The notes beneath the pieces were generated by a model. The model searched no databases and was not told where the DNA came from. It was given only the letters and a program-made list of their open reading frames with translations. Shown one piece after another: positions 11,181 through 25,446 of a stretch of 64,000 bases of DNA. Numbering within the stretch: position 1 is the stretch's first letter; every line of letters begins with the position of its first letter. A program made the translations under genes and the position numbers. This stretch comes from Podarcis cretensis (lineage: Eukaryota), in NCBI GenBank assembly GCA_951804945.1, contig OX638150.1, positions 42,532,001 to 42,596,000 on the forward strand, in the 5' to 3' direction.

Positions 11181-11918
11181 GTAAGTGTTATTCACTACAT
11201 AAAGTGTAAGAGGAACAAAGAAAGATCCTGTGCTGTTCTTCTTCTGTTTGTTATTGTACTCCTTATGATAACTGATGCTGTCTATTTTGCACACCCTAGG
11301 ACTTAACTGTATAAAAAAGTACTTGGACCTTTCTCATGCTTTGCAAGTGCTGTGATGCTGAGCCATAGCATCCTTGTCATCCCCATTAAGTGCAGTGGAA
11401 AACCATTTGTCCTCCATCTTCCCATAGTTTTCACTTTGGATTTGGAAAAAAGAAAAAATATTGTTGGGAAATGCATTGTTGGAATATGGCATTTCAGGGC
11501 TAATTGTCAATTTTGGGTGGGAGTCAACGGTATGCTTTGATTAACATTCCATCACTGCGAGCATTGCAGTTTGTCCGACAAAACAGTTTCCCATTTCCTC
11601 CCCCGTGTGCTGTTCTGAGGGTTCTCCCAATCACCTTGAGCCAATTTTGAGAGCCATGGAAGCAGGAGAAGGGGGGAAAGCCCTATTGCGCAAACGGAAG
11701 CCCTATTGCAGGGTTTGTGCTGATGGGACTCATTCGGTAAATCCTGCCTTTTGCTTATACAGACATTGACACTCATGGCTATGTGGTAACATGAAGCTTC
11801 CTAGCTTGCTTTTTTGAGTGCTCCAAGTACTCTCAAAACTTATTTTCAGATGGAAGGTGGGGAGGACAGAGATGGTGGTAAAAATGCCTATTCCTCAATA
11901 CTTTAAATTGTATTTCAG

Positions 11919-12109
11919 GTCTTTGTGTCCTGTGCCCAAACAGTAATAATTCCCTACTTGCATTCCCTGGAACACATACTGGACATGTGCAGATAGTGGA
12001 CCTGGCAAATACAGAGAAACCTCCTGTAGATATACCAGCTCATGAAGGGGTCTTGAGTTGCATAGCTCTTAACCTACAGGGAACAAGAATTGCCACAGCA
12101 TCAGAAAAA
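11919..12109 (+). CDS. WDR45B: WDR45B exon 6
   Basis: tttcag|GT; [63 protein letters not shown]; |GTAAGT; 191 nt. Confidence 0.95.
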
Positions 12110-12888
12110 GTAAGTCAATGATTTTACTCCACAGTTGGCTAGAAAACAGCACAAGTCCTTAATGGTTTAGAATGAACCCTGAATTGTGTCATCTTGAGAG
12201 TCTGCGTGGTATTTTAATAGGTGCATTGTATAGTCTTTAATTTACTGTTAAGCCTACTGGGAAGACTGTATCATCTAACACAGAAGTTGAATTTATGAAA
12301 GTCTTGGCTTTAAAGTTTATACAGAAAGTTGGTAACCTTTGTGGCTGTAGTGATTACATTTGAAAATACGCATGCTGTTATTGCAAATATTGGTCAAGAG
12401 ATAAACTCTGCATTCTTTGGCAGCCTGTAACCTGCATTGCTTCAAATAGGTTCCCTGGCTATTCGTTCCTCACTCAAACCTTTCATCCTGCTGCCTCACT
12501 ATTGCATGCCAGAATCTTCCAAAATATGTAACAATTGTGTTATATACTAGGTTCAGACTACTGTATACGGTATAAATCCAGTTCATGTAGACTTTCTCAA
12601 TTTTCCTGTCAAAATACTGACTTTAGTGGCATTGTTCTTGGATATATTCATGCAGATAAACCTGAGAGGATTTCCAAATATGTGGGAAGGATAGCACCGG
12701 ATAACAAAAATAATTCCATATGGGAAGGGCAAAGATGTGCCGCTACAATAGTGTAGGGTGGTGGAAAAAAGACAGAGCCATCATCTGGGAAGTGAACAGC
12801 TGTATCCTAATGTTGTGTTCTGGGAAGAACTTGTGTTGTTTTTGAAAGGCTCCCCTCACATCTTTAATGTGTGCTGTTGCTTTTCAAG

Positions 12889-12974
12889 GGGACCCTAATA
12901 AGAATATTTGATACATCATCTGGGCATTTAATCCAGGAACTGCGCAGAGGGTCTCAGGCTGCCAATATCTACTG
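12889..12974 (+). CDS. WDR45B: WDR45B exon 7 (LRRG phosphoinositide-binding motif)
   Basis: ttcaag|GGG; [28 protein letters not shown]; TG|GTAAGG; 86 nt. Confidence 0.95.
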
Positions 12975-13159
12975 GTAAGGTTTATTGTTTTGTTAATGTG
13001 TTGGGGGGATTGGAGGAATCATGCTTTGCCTTGATCATCAGCAAGATGAGGGAGTGGCCGTTGTACAAATGGGGGTTTCATGCTTTAAAACTACATGCAT
13101 TCATCCTGCAACTGTGTTGGTTTATGGAGGAACTAAGATACTAATTAAGAAGTAATTAT

Positions 13160-13439
13160 CCCAGCGCCTGCCAACCTAGCAGTTCGAAAGCACCTCCGGG
13201 TGCAAGTAGATAAATAGGGACCGCTTACCAGCGGGAAGGTAAACGGCGTTTCCGTGTGCGGCTCTGGCTCTGGCTCTGGCTCTGGCTGTGGCCAGAGCAG
13301 CGATGTCACGCTGGCCACGTGACCCGGAAGTGTCTCCGGACAGCGCTGGCCCCTGGCCTCTTAAGTGAGATGGGCGCACAACCCCAGAGTCTGTCAAGAC
13401 TGGCCCGTACGGGCAGGGGTACCTTTACCTTTACCTTTA
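13160..13439 (+). mobile_element. 5'-truncated Sauria SINE in WDR45B intron 7
   Basis: Near-identical to the reverse complement of 5034-5290; ends in (ACCTTT)3. Confidence 0.92.
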
Positions 13440-13819
13440 TGCCTCACCAATATCTGTGCGCCCTTTTCATCAGCTACATGTATTATGGAGGAGTTAATGC
13501 TTTTTAAAGGTGTGAATATATTTCTCTCCCTCCCGTCTATGTGGTTTACTTCTGGGGTGAATGCTCTTTCACTTTCTACCACTTCAGTTGCTGATGCTGC
13601 TTCACTCTGCATCAATACCTCACTCTGCAAGGTGGCATTGCTTTAGATAACCTCCCCAAAACCTACAGTTAGAAACTCTTGTTTTTAAGATACTTGGGAA
13701 AGAGGTTGGCTTATAGTGTTTGAAAAGTTGCAGTATATACACATAGGCATTTCATTAAAAAGTAACTTATTCCATGACAGTGGTGATATAAGCAGACTTG
13801 TTTCTGACTTCTCCTTTAG

Positions 13820-13921
13820 CATTAACTTCAACCAAGATGCTTCTCTCATTTGTGTGTCAAGTGATCATGCCACAGTGCACATTTTTGCTGCGGAGGATCC
13901 TAAGAGGAACAAGCAGTCGAG
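13820..13921 (+). CDS. WDR45B: WDR45B exon 8
   Basis: ctttag|C; INFNQDASLICVSSDHATVHIFAAEDPKRNKQS; AG|GTAAGC; 102 nt. Confidence 0.95.
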
Positions 13922-14027
13922 GTAAGCAGCTGGGGCCAGTGTGATGATCTCCAGGCAAAAATGATTAGGTAACTTCATACAGGAAGAATGTATCAGTAGC
14001 TAAAATAAAGCAAATAATTTAAATAAT

Positions 14028-14712
14028 CACTGACCTAGCCACTGTGATCCACACGACGGTCACCTCCAGACTGGATTATTGTAACTTGCTGTACATGGGA
14101 CTACCCTTGAGACTGACCCAGAAACTTCAGCAGGTGCAGAATGCCGCGGCGAGACTCCTTACGGGGTCCTCGCTGAGGGATCACATTCACCCGGTGCTAT
14201 ACCAACTGCACTGGCTCCCGGATCAGGTTTAAGGTGCTGGTTTTAACCTTTAAAGCCCTATACGGCCTAGGACCCTCGTACCTACGGGACCGCCTCTCCT
14301 GGTATGTCCCACGGAGGACCTTACGGTCTTCAGACAAAAACACCTTGGAGGTCCCGGGCCATAGAGAGGTTAGGCTGGCATCAACCAGTGCCAGGGTTTT
14401 TTCGGCTGTGGCTCCAATCTTGTGGAACGCTCTGTCACAAGAGACTAGGGTACTGCGGGACTTGACATCTTTCCGCAGGGCCTGCAAGACGGAGCTGTTC
14501 CACCAGGCCTTTGGCCAGGGCACAGCCTGACCCCCTCCTTTGGCAATCTTCACAGAACTCTAGCCCAATGGTTGCCATTAATCTGATTTGAGCTAATTTT
14601 ATAATGAAATGATTTTAGAATGTTGTATCATTTTACTGTTGTTAGCCGCTCTGAGCCTGGCTTTGGCAGGGGAGGGCGGAATATAAATAAAATTTTATTA
14701 TTATTATTATTA
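14028..14712 (+). mobile_element. Young L2-clade LINE 3' fragment in WDR45B intron 8
   Basis: TSRLDYCNLLYMGLPLRLTQKLQQVQNAAARLLTG...LHWLP, then a frameshift, then FKVLVLTFKALYGLGPSYLRDRL (L2 ORF2 C-terminus), a 3'UTR and a (TTA)n tail. CpGs are retained. Confidence 0.9.
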
Positions 14713-14815
14713 AAATAATTGTTAACCTTAATACGTGCTGCTAGGAGTCAGTTTGCTTCAGTGCCTGAACTACTGGGTTGAGATGATGCTGAAGAGAGCT
14801 TTCTTTCTTTTTCAG

Positions 14816-14937
14816 CTTAGCATCAGCCAGCTTCCTGCCCAAATACTTCAGTTCCAAATGGAGTTTTTCCAAATTTCAGGTTCCCTCAGGCTCTCCCTGC
14901 ATCTGTGCCTTTGGAACAGAGCCGAATTCTGTCCTAG
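14816..14937 (+). CDS. WDR45B: WDR45B exon 9
   Basis: tttcag|C; [40 protein letters not shown]; G|GTAAGA; 122 nt. Confidence 0.95.
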
Positions 14938-15419
14938 GTAAGAATCTCAAGTTTCACCAAAAATCAAACAAGGCCCCTCACTATGCATATCCCAAACATA
15001 GCCTATGAATTCAAGCAGCTGTGCTCACAAACAAGCTTCTTAGAGGAATCTACCTCTGTCCTTGATGGAAGTGTGATTTATATAAATGGGTTTTAACTCC
15101 AGATTAATGTCATATGATTGCAGCCTAAGATTGTAAAAATGTTTAGATTGCAAGGAATGTTGAACACTCCAAATTGTTACTTGAGATCTCACGGAGGGCA
15201 GTTTAATGATTCATCAAGAACTATCTGGGGTGGAGCAAGCCAGGTGCTAGAACTGATTGGCATATATAGCGCAGGTCTTATAGGAGAACATTTCTTAGCC
15301 TGCAGGTAGGTAATGTGGCGTCTCTTGCTGCTCTCACAAGCAAAAGCTGTGCAGTGAAACACAATGTGTAAGCAATTGACTTCAGTTGCCAAACTGAAAA
15401 CAGTATCTTTCTCTTGCAG

Positions 15420-15526
15420 CGATCTGTGCAGATGGCAGCTACTACAAATTTTTATTCAATCAAAAAGGGGAATGCTCCAGGGATGTCTATGCTCAGTTCC
15501 TAGAAATGACTGATGACAAACTTTGA
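15420..15526 (+). CDS. WDR45B: WDR45B exon 10 (last coding exon)
   Basis: ttgcag|CG; [37 protein letters not shown]. The ten exons sum to 1035 nt = 344 aa. Confidence 0.95.
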
Positions 15527-16403
15527 CTGAACTGATGGAAATTTGTAGGTAGGGGGAAAGGATATCTGGAACCCCGTCCTGCTTATTCTCCCTTTCCTGA
15601 AGAGATGGCCTCTCACTACCTTCAGTCAACTGTGCTGCTCAAGATGGGACAGATGACTTTAAGAAGCCCAAACCAGTATGGACAGAGCAAGGCAGAGGAC
15701 TACTACGTTAACTGTCAACAGCTGGTTTTAAATGTTAAGTTTTGGCTGCTGTTGTTCCTTCAATTTTTTCCCCTTTTTTTAAAAAAATGTTTCCATAGCC
15801 TGTGCCTATTGGGTTTCTCTCTGTAATTAAACTGTGAAGCTTAGTGCCTGCCACTCCGTAAGACTGAAGGGGCAGGAGATTACTAAGGTTTAAACAGTGA
15901 ATGGGACATGTCAAAAGTACATACAGATTTGAGTTCTAGTACCGTGCTTAAGGGGGTGGCAGGAAATCTATACCAGCGGTTTCTGCCTTTGTAAAATGTC
16001 CTTTTCCTCCTATCTTCTAATACACAGAAAGGAATATTATAGCAAGTTGGCTCTTAGTTGCACTTGCTCTGACATAGATAGAATGCTCATGGTCCTTGTT
16101 TTCATGCTGTTATAAATAGATATTAACTTGTTTGTCATTTGTCAGAGGTGCCAAAAGAAATCCATAGCAAACATCATTAAAGTACTGTTGGCCTAAATAA
16201 CCATTCTGCAGGGCAGGAAGTGGCATAGGACAATGTTGAGATGTTGGGAAAGTGACAGCAAACAGCTTAGATATTGGAAATAACCATTCCAGACACTTCA
16301 GTTCTTGATCCATTGGTATTTGCACTTAGGTTGTGCTGGGGAAGTTCTATAAGTACAAGATAATCTGTAATGGCCAAGAGGGTAGTATACTGAACAACAA
16401 GAA

Positions 16404-16522
16404 GGGGGAAAGTGTGACCCTCCAGATGTTACTGGACTTCACTGCCATCAGTGCTAGCCAGCATGGCCAAGGATGATGAGAGGTGTAGTCAAACAGCTGG
16501 AGGGCTGCAGCTTTCCCACCTT
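16404..16522. mobile_element. Degenerate hAT-type MITE in the WDR45B 3'UTR
   Basis: Inverted ends gggaaagtgtgaccctccag / ctggagggctgcagctttccc; same family as 39884-40020. Confidence 0.55.
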
Positions 16523-16879
16523 ATAGCCTGTAAGAAATCCCTATCATACAGCAAGCTTATTATGTGTTCAGAACAAACTAAGCCGCTGTCTCTCTGAACA
16601 CTAAGTAGTACATCAATCACAACACTATATTTTGGGAAATGAGGTATTTGGACACATAATTTGAAGTTACCAATATCATCCCCTTAAAACACAACTTCAG
16701 TTATTAGCTCCCTTGATTTCATGCATACTTCAAAATTAACTGAAGTCTTGGTTCAAGTTGAAAAGTATTGGAATTTGTCATTTAACTAAAACCTATATTC
16801 AGATGTTAGTTTGCATGTTGCTTTTAAATGTGTATTTAATCATGGAAATTGTTTTGCACACCTTTTGTAATTTTCTTTA

Positions 16880-16885
16880 ATTAAA
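16880..16885 (+). terminator. WDR45B: Probable WDR45B poly(A) signal (ATTAAA)
   Basis: ATTAAA after a U-rich stretch (ttttgtaattttcttta), about 1.35 kb past the stop. Confidence 0.5.
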
Positions 16886-16931
16886 GTGACTTAATTTGCT
16901 GTATTCATTTTATGGTAACAGAAGTTCTGTA

Positions 16932-17132
16932 CAGCAGTACCTCTACTTAGGCACACCTCTGGTTACGTAACCTTCGGGATATGCATGTGGCAAACCCGGA
17001 AGTATTTTTCTGGGTTTTGAAGTGCTCTACTGCGCCACGCGCATGCGCAGAACAGGCACCTCCAGTTGCAAAAACCTCGGGATCCGACCAGAGCTCCAGA
17101 ATGGATCCCATCCACAACCGGATGTACCACTG
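16932..17132. mobile_element. Tc1/pogo-type MITE between the WDR45B and FOXK2 3' ends
   Basis: TA|CAGCAGTAC ... GTACCACTG|TA termini with TA duplication. Confidence 0.8.
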
Positions 17133-20100
17133 TATATGGGTGCTAGTTCTGTCCTTTGTTTTATTTAAATTGCCTAAATAGCTCAAGATCAATTAGGAGT
17201 AGGATGCATGTAATCTATGGCGCTAATAGATTGTATCCAACAATGTTGCTGAGATTTTAAATTAGTGGACCAGTGAAGGGAAACATGTTTGTTGAGTCTA
17301 GGTGACAGTCTGTATAAGGTAGTTTCTCTTTCCTACCTATGCCTCTGGCCAAATTCTTTGACACCAACTTCCAATTCTTATCATTACCTTTTGTTCTAAG
17401 GATACCCTTTTATTATATAGTTTTTAAACAGAAATGTTGTTTCTTTGCTGAAATCCATCACTGCCAGACCCTTGCCAAATCTCATAAAACTCAGGTAGAG
17501 AAGTAATGTTTGCAGAATTTTTCAAGGAGGATAGGTATGCTGAAGCAAAATAAACAGGAAGTTCAGTTCCATCACCCACATGTTGAAGGTAACATTTAAA
17601 AAAAATCCCAGTAGTTATTAACACTAGTTTGTCAATTGTAACAGCATTTACTTCACACACATTTAAGGCTTAAAAAATGCTCAGTCTTCTGTATTTCGTC
17701 TTCCATGACCCTCACTGTTATGCATATTGTCTATAAGCATGCCTACCTCTGCCAACCCTAGGATAATATATCTTCCAAAGTAGACTTGTTTGAAAGCTTA
17801 TAATGTAATACACTTTCACTCCACCATCCTATGAATGTTCAGGAAAAGAAACTTAAGTGTGACATTTGTGTGCATGTATGTTTCATTTCTCACCAATGCC
17901 ATATTCCCACTTGACAGATTAACCTTCTCCTGCCACTGTTAAAATGAGTTGAGAGGTCTCCTCCCACAGCACATGAAACAAGATTGGATGGACCTTCCTC
18001 TCCAGTAGGGGCTTGTCTGACTGGTTTTGAAAGAAATGCCCATTAGACTACTTACACAAACACAAGTACAACCTAGAACAGCTATTAATAGTTAAATGCA
18101 TATGCCATTTCTCTGCACCTGAGCCTTGGCCATGGAAAACACTAGCTAAAATCACAATAATTCATGAGTAAAGGAAAGTCAAATTCTGATGAAAAATAAG
18201 CACTGCTCAGTGCAGAAACAACTTTTAGCAACTGTAGTAATGGTAGTATAATCCAAACACTAGTAGGTACATCAGCTAACTACAACATCGATATGGTAAG
18301 AGACTGTGCCATGCTGCTCAGAAATTACCCAGAGCTCCTTTTCTGTGCAACACCGTTGGGGAAATATATAAACCCAGATGTTGATATAACTAGCAGGCAT
18401 TTGCTCATGTGACTCAAATTGCTCCGGGGGGTGGGAAGACTGATTTTGCATTAGCTATTTCATCCAGGCAATTGCCCACTTGGTCCAAGTGTCTTCGGAA
18501 ACCTAAAATGGACTTGTATTAAATTTTCTTCTGCAAAAGACATCAGCACCGGTCTCAAGTAGCAGTCACACAAGGAGACAGCTGCAATGTCAGAGAGCCA
18601 TAATATACACTTCAATGGAATCCTAGTATTTTTGTGCAATTACTTGTTTACAAAGGCGACTGAAGTAAAAGCTTCACGCATTACATATAATAAAGGAAAG
18701 TGAGTAAGACAAGACACCATTGGCAGACAGGGTAGGAAAGAATTTCTGTATTTGGTAATACTTTGTTTATGTTATTACTTCCGATGCCTATCCTACTCAT
18801 GCCCTCCTGTTTCACTTGTCTGAGCCCTGGCAATTGGCATTTTGACACTTTAAAGTTATATCTAAGTTTTCCCCAGTGCTCAAATAGCATAGCATTACTT
18901 AACCAAGTTTATGGAATGGAAATGCAAGCATTACTAGAGTACCCTGCCCATGGAAGAAGGGGTAGGTCAACAGCAGGTAAGTTTTAAGATTCTTATACTG
19001 AAGGCTATCATTCTATGCACCCTTACCTGGAACCATGGCATTTTGACAGATGTGCATAGGACGGCGATGTAAATCTTGCTCCAAGATTCTGTGTCCTACA
19101 CTGACTATATTGGGTGCATAAGAAAACTTCCAAGTGTGAATAAATTTTGACTGACTTAAGAATTTCACCAGATTTTTTTATTCAAAAACTTGCAGCAGTT
19201 TGCCTAATACTCATGAAATAGTAGGTTTATAACCAAATGTTTTGCCAATAATTCAGTTTAATTATTTCTAAATTAAGTGACCACAGCACAAAAAGTAGAA
19301 TGCTGCAGTTACATAAATTCTTTTGCTTTACCCAGCTTATAGTGGCTGTTATAAATCCAGCTAGTGTACAGCATTTTTTCATAATCTTTTAATATGTATT
19401 ATCCAGATTGACACTGTGACAGCTCTACTGTGTGGGGTTAACATGATACTTGGTACAGATTTCTCATATTTGGTCTTCAGATAAACAGTTTTCAAAAACT
19501 GACTAAATATAAACCATTCCAAGCCATTTCAGTCCATCATGAAAATACAGATTCTTCTCAAAATGAAAAAATATATATAAATAATGGTATTGCCAAAAAA
19601 GGGCAAATCAAAGGTTCAAGCCAGTCTTTACCTTTAACTCACCTTAATATGAAGGGACAAGACAGCATGTGAATGAAAGACAAAAAACAGTCTTAGCTTT
19701 TAGTTCAGTTCTGAAATGTGAGGTGGATTCTACAATCACAACTCTGAGAAGTATCCTTTAAAATGTTCAACTGCAGAACACACACTTTAAAAAAAACCAC
19801 ATTTATTATAGTATGGTAGCCACTGTTAGAAAACCTCAACAGCTACTCTTAATGCAGACCCCAGAAGGTCTGTGCAGGACATCAAAAGTTAAAGATAAAC
19901 TCATCAGATTAATTTCTACTGGTGGGCGCTTATGCTGAAAAATATTGGATATACCTCTGACAAGTTTTTTTATCTCTTTTTAAAAGGACTTGTGATAAAG
20001 AATTTTATCTTTTCTAAATGAAGAACAGTCTGCCATTTTAAACATACACAATAGTAAGCGAGACTCTTGTTTTACTTTAGACTGGAAAAATAAGCCAGGG

Positions 20101-21067
20101 ACAATCAAAGTCAACACAAAGTAACGAACAGCAAAAGGTAGCAAGAAAGAGAAACAGATAAGTGCAGCTCTGGTCAAATTCATCATAGCAGTTCTTTAAC
20201 GTCAGTTAACGGCTCATTTACACTGTATTTCTAATCAGTAACATGCAAGCCCAAAGAAGCATTTGATCACTACACAAGGTAATAAAATCTGATTAAATTT
20301 TATCAGGCAACTGCTAAAATATGAAAATTTGCAGATGTAACAAAGTAGCTTTATCTGAACTTTAACAGGACAAAATTAAATCATTCCATTGGTTAAAAAA
20401 CCCTACATTCAGTTTTACCAAACAAAATTTCACATGAAAAGTACTGTGTGATTCCAAAGTTTCTGGAGTAGAAATGGAGTGATTTGAAATGTCAAAGACC
20501 CCATTATTTTGAAAATAAAATGAAAGTACACATCAAAAATTTCTAATTCCACATGTGAACAACAAAATACTGCATATCTACCAACAACTGCATTGGGTAG
20601 GTCATTATGAAAGGCTAGCTGCCAAGATGTAGGAAATGGCTCCTTGCCTCTGTTCCCTTTGAGGAATATACAATCGTTTGAAATCCAGTCACATGAAGTA
20701 CTTATCATGCTGTGATATACTGAGATACTCAATCCTTAAAGTAATCAATCCAATAGAGCTTTTTAAAGTTGCAGACTTCCAACTTTTGTATCTCTCCTTA
20801 TCTATAAAGAGTCACTTCAGAACGGCAAGGAGGAGTGGGGGGAAAGGGGTCACAGCCTCTGGAACAAGATGTTGGACAGTTTGGTTTCGATTTTTAAATT
20901 AAGGAGTTCTAAGGCCACCTGTGTTTTTTTTTCTCAGTGCTGAAAGTTGAAGTCACAGGGCCCCTTTCCCCACCATGTGAGAACATGTTCAATATTTTTA
21001 GGTGTTTCAATGTCTCCTTTTGGCACCACGGAGCATCATTCTAAAAAGAAATATTCCTCTTAAGTTC

Positions 21068-21466
<399 letters not shown>

Positions 21467-22097
21467 TTACTGCCAGAAAGTGTGAATAGGATAGCAGTCT
21501 ATATTCTACTGGGAGCAGATGGTCCCAAAGGATTGTGAAATGACCAGGAAAAAAACATGATTAAATAACTATAATATATTGTAAAGAACTGCATTTTCAA
21601 GGTTCGGGGCAGCATGTGGGGGGAGAGAAATAAATAAAAGAATACCAAGATTGTATCTAAAGCTTAGATATCTAAAGCTTAATTACACCATGAATCAAAC
21701 GAATGCTGGGGTCAAAAGAGTTACTTTAGGCATGCCCAAAGCCTTGAGCATAACTAGTGGTGGTTCCCACAGAAGAATTCCCTAACTTTCAACAGAAACA
21801 TCCTTTTGATTTTAAAAGCAGACTGCTATCTGGGATGGGGAGCTATTCCTCCAGAAATACAAATGCACAGCACAGTTACACAGTTCTTTGTATCATAGAT
21901 CAGTTCCTAACTTAACGTGAAAGGGAAAGGATGTAGACTAAAAAACAAACAAAAAACCCCTTAGTTTTCCAAGGTAGTAGTTACCTCAAAATAAGCTAAA
22001 GAATTAAGCACAAATCCGTAAAAATTTTGAGAATCCAGAATCCACAGATACTGGACATCAATGTGACAAAAGAAAATTTGTGACACTAAAGACATCA

Positions 22098-22842
<745 letters not shown>

Positions 22843-23487
22843 TTAAATCATCTGCTTTCCAAAAGTCTATGAAGATATTGTTTACTTGAATTTTTAAAAA
22901 AGCCTACTCCTTCAACAGTTTCTTCAGCTATCCTAAGAGTAAATCCAGTTAGTTCAGTATTACTGAGACTGTTTTCAGCAGTAAAAAAGTAAAAAAAATA
23001 ATGTTGTTGTGCCACAAGGAGAGGGTTGCAACTGCTGGCAACACCAATAGTTAACATAACTACATTTCAAATGTAAGTGTTGTAGATCTGTAGTTCAGTG
23101 GCTGAGCACATTTTGCAGGAGGTCACCAATGTAATCTCTGTGCTCCTATGAAACAATTTGGTTTGCTTTCCCCTTTGGAGACCTCCTAACACAGCGTTGT
23201 GGAAATCCAGAAGCTGTTGGACTCCCAACTTCCATCAACCCCACCCAGGACCATCAATTGTCATAATTTCAGCATGACAATTCCATTTCAACCCCAACTC
23301 ACAAATCTTTGAAGTATTTGCAAAAGGGTGTTCTATTAGCCCTTCACAAAGCATAGAGTACTTATATTTTTAATTTTCATTCATAATTTCTTTCTGCAAA
23401 CAAACTTGGCTTTTGAAGTGAAGCCTACATTATACTTTCCATTAGTTTGGTACAGTTTTAATATGCATATTAAATACATGAACACTA

Positions 23488-23706
<219 letters not shown>

Positions 23707-25251
23707 TCAGATTGAGAATTGACAGCTACGATGAGTAGTCAGCCTCAAAAACCATTTAATACATATACTTTCCACAAGGAGGAGCTCTTTGACTGAGTAC
23801 TAACAATTCCTGACTTCGCAGACTTTTGCAGAGGTAATTCAAAAGCAGACTATGGTTGCTATAGTAGCACAGAACAAGGAGTAGGATGTGGGGGGCATTG
23901 AAACAAATGTCAATAAAAATGAATGAGTTATTCAGCATGCCTCAATTTAGAGGTTCAATGTGCTGAAGCCCCTGTGTGGGCACCAAAGCAGACACTGGCA
24001 GGAACACGGGCACCCTAGACAATCAAAAGGTATGGAATTCCCTAACTCAAATACCTTGATCTTTGTTACTCTGTCATATATGTTCTCCTTGGATTTCCCT
24101 ACTTCTCTAACACACAAGATCTGCTTTAAATATTTTTAGATACATCATTTTTGAGACAATACCTAAAGAATGAATGGAACTGTTAAAAATTTATATTTCT
24201 GTTATTTCCACCTTGGTTTAAGCAGCACCAGAGTATTCTCCCTATTAGGAAACTACTAACTGTTCATGTTCTATTCGGAAAAGCATGCCTAGCCACTATG
24301 AATTTTAGTTAAATGATGGAACACATGAAGCTCTTAAGGAAAACTTTCAAAATCTGTGCTTACGTTTCTGCCCCCTGCACCACCAATACCACCACCAATA
24401 CAATCCCTGTAGAACAAGGGAAGATTTTCGGGGGGGGATGTGTGAAAGAAGTCCCACTGCACAAGCAGAATTCATTGGACAATTGAGGGAGCATGGCTGG
24501 GTGTCACCCATTTAAAATATTATATAATGTATTATACACACCCAGATTTAAGCAGAGTGGGTTAGGTCCAAAAAGTAAATGGATACTTCTCCAGAAGGCT
24601 CAAGCCAGGGGGCAAGTCAATGGTTTAAGAAAATGCAATCAAAAGCCATGTAGAGCTGCTTGCTAGCTAGATAACTAGCTAGCTACTACATAAGAGTGAA
24701 CAGATTGAAGGGAAAGAAGAGTGTGCCCTTGCTGGGCATTATCCCTGAGCAGGAACTGTGGAGCAAGAGGGCAGCTTGGCAGGTGTTATGTTAATAATGC
24801 AAGCTGACAACATTCAATGTGTGAAAGTCGATTCTTGTGACACTACATTACCTGCACTGTGTGAATCTAGCCCTCCACAGCTATTGTTTTGTGGTAACTG
24901 AGAAATGCAATGCACTCGAAAGGGCCAAAACTGAGAAGGAACAACATTACTAGCCAGCCTAAACTTTGGAGGGGGAGGGATTTCAAGCCCCCAAAATGGC
25001 AACAGATCTTTCATATGAAGCAAAACCCACCAAGTCTCCTCAAGAAGAAATTTTAATGGCTCCTTAGTGCAGTCAATCACAACCAACACCCGTTCTCTAT
25101 TTAGGAAAAGTCCTTTATAATTGTTATACATCTAGCTCTAACAACATTGCAATTGCTTAGGACTGCGGTTACCCTATGTCCAGCAGAACAAGTCACACTT
25201 AAGGTGAAGCCTCTGAAAGTGTATTTTTTAACCCCCAACTTTGATTCCTTA

Positions 25252-25446
<195 letters not shown>

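Noticed and set aside
14044-14553. ORFs with RT C-terminal similarity (also 56365-56880)
   Set aside because: These are truncated, frameshifted L2 fragments, not host genes or autonomous elements.
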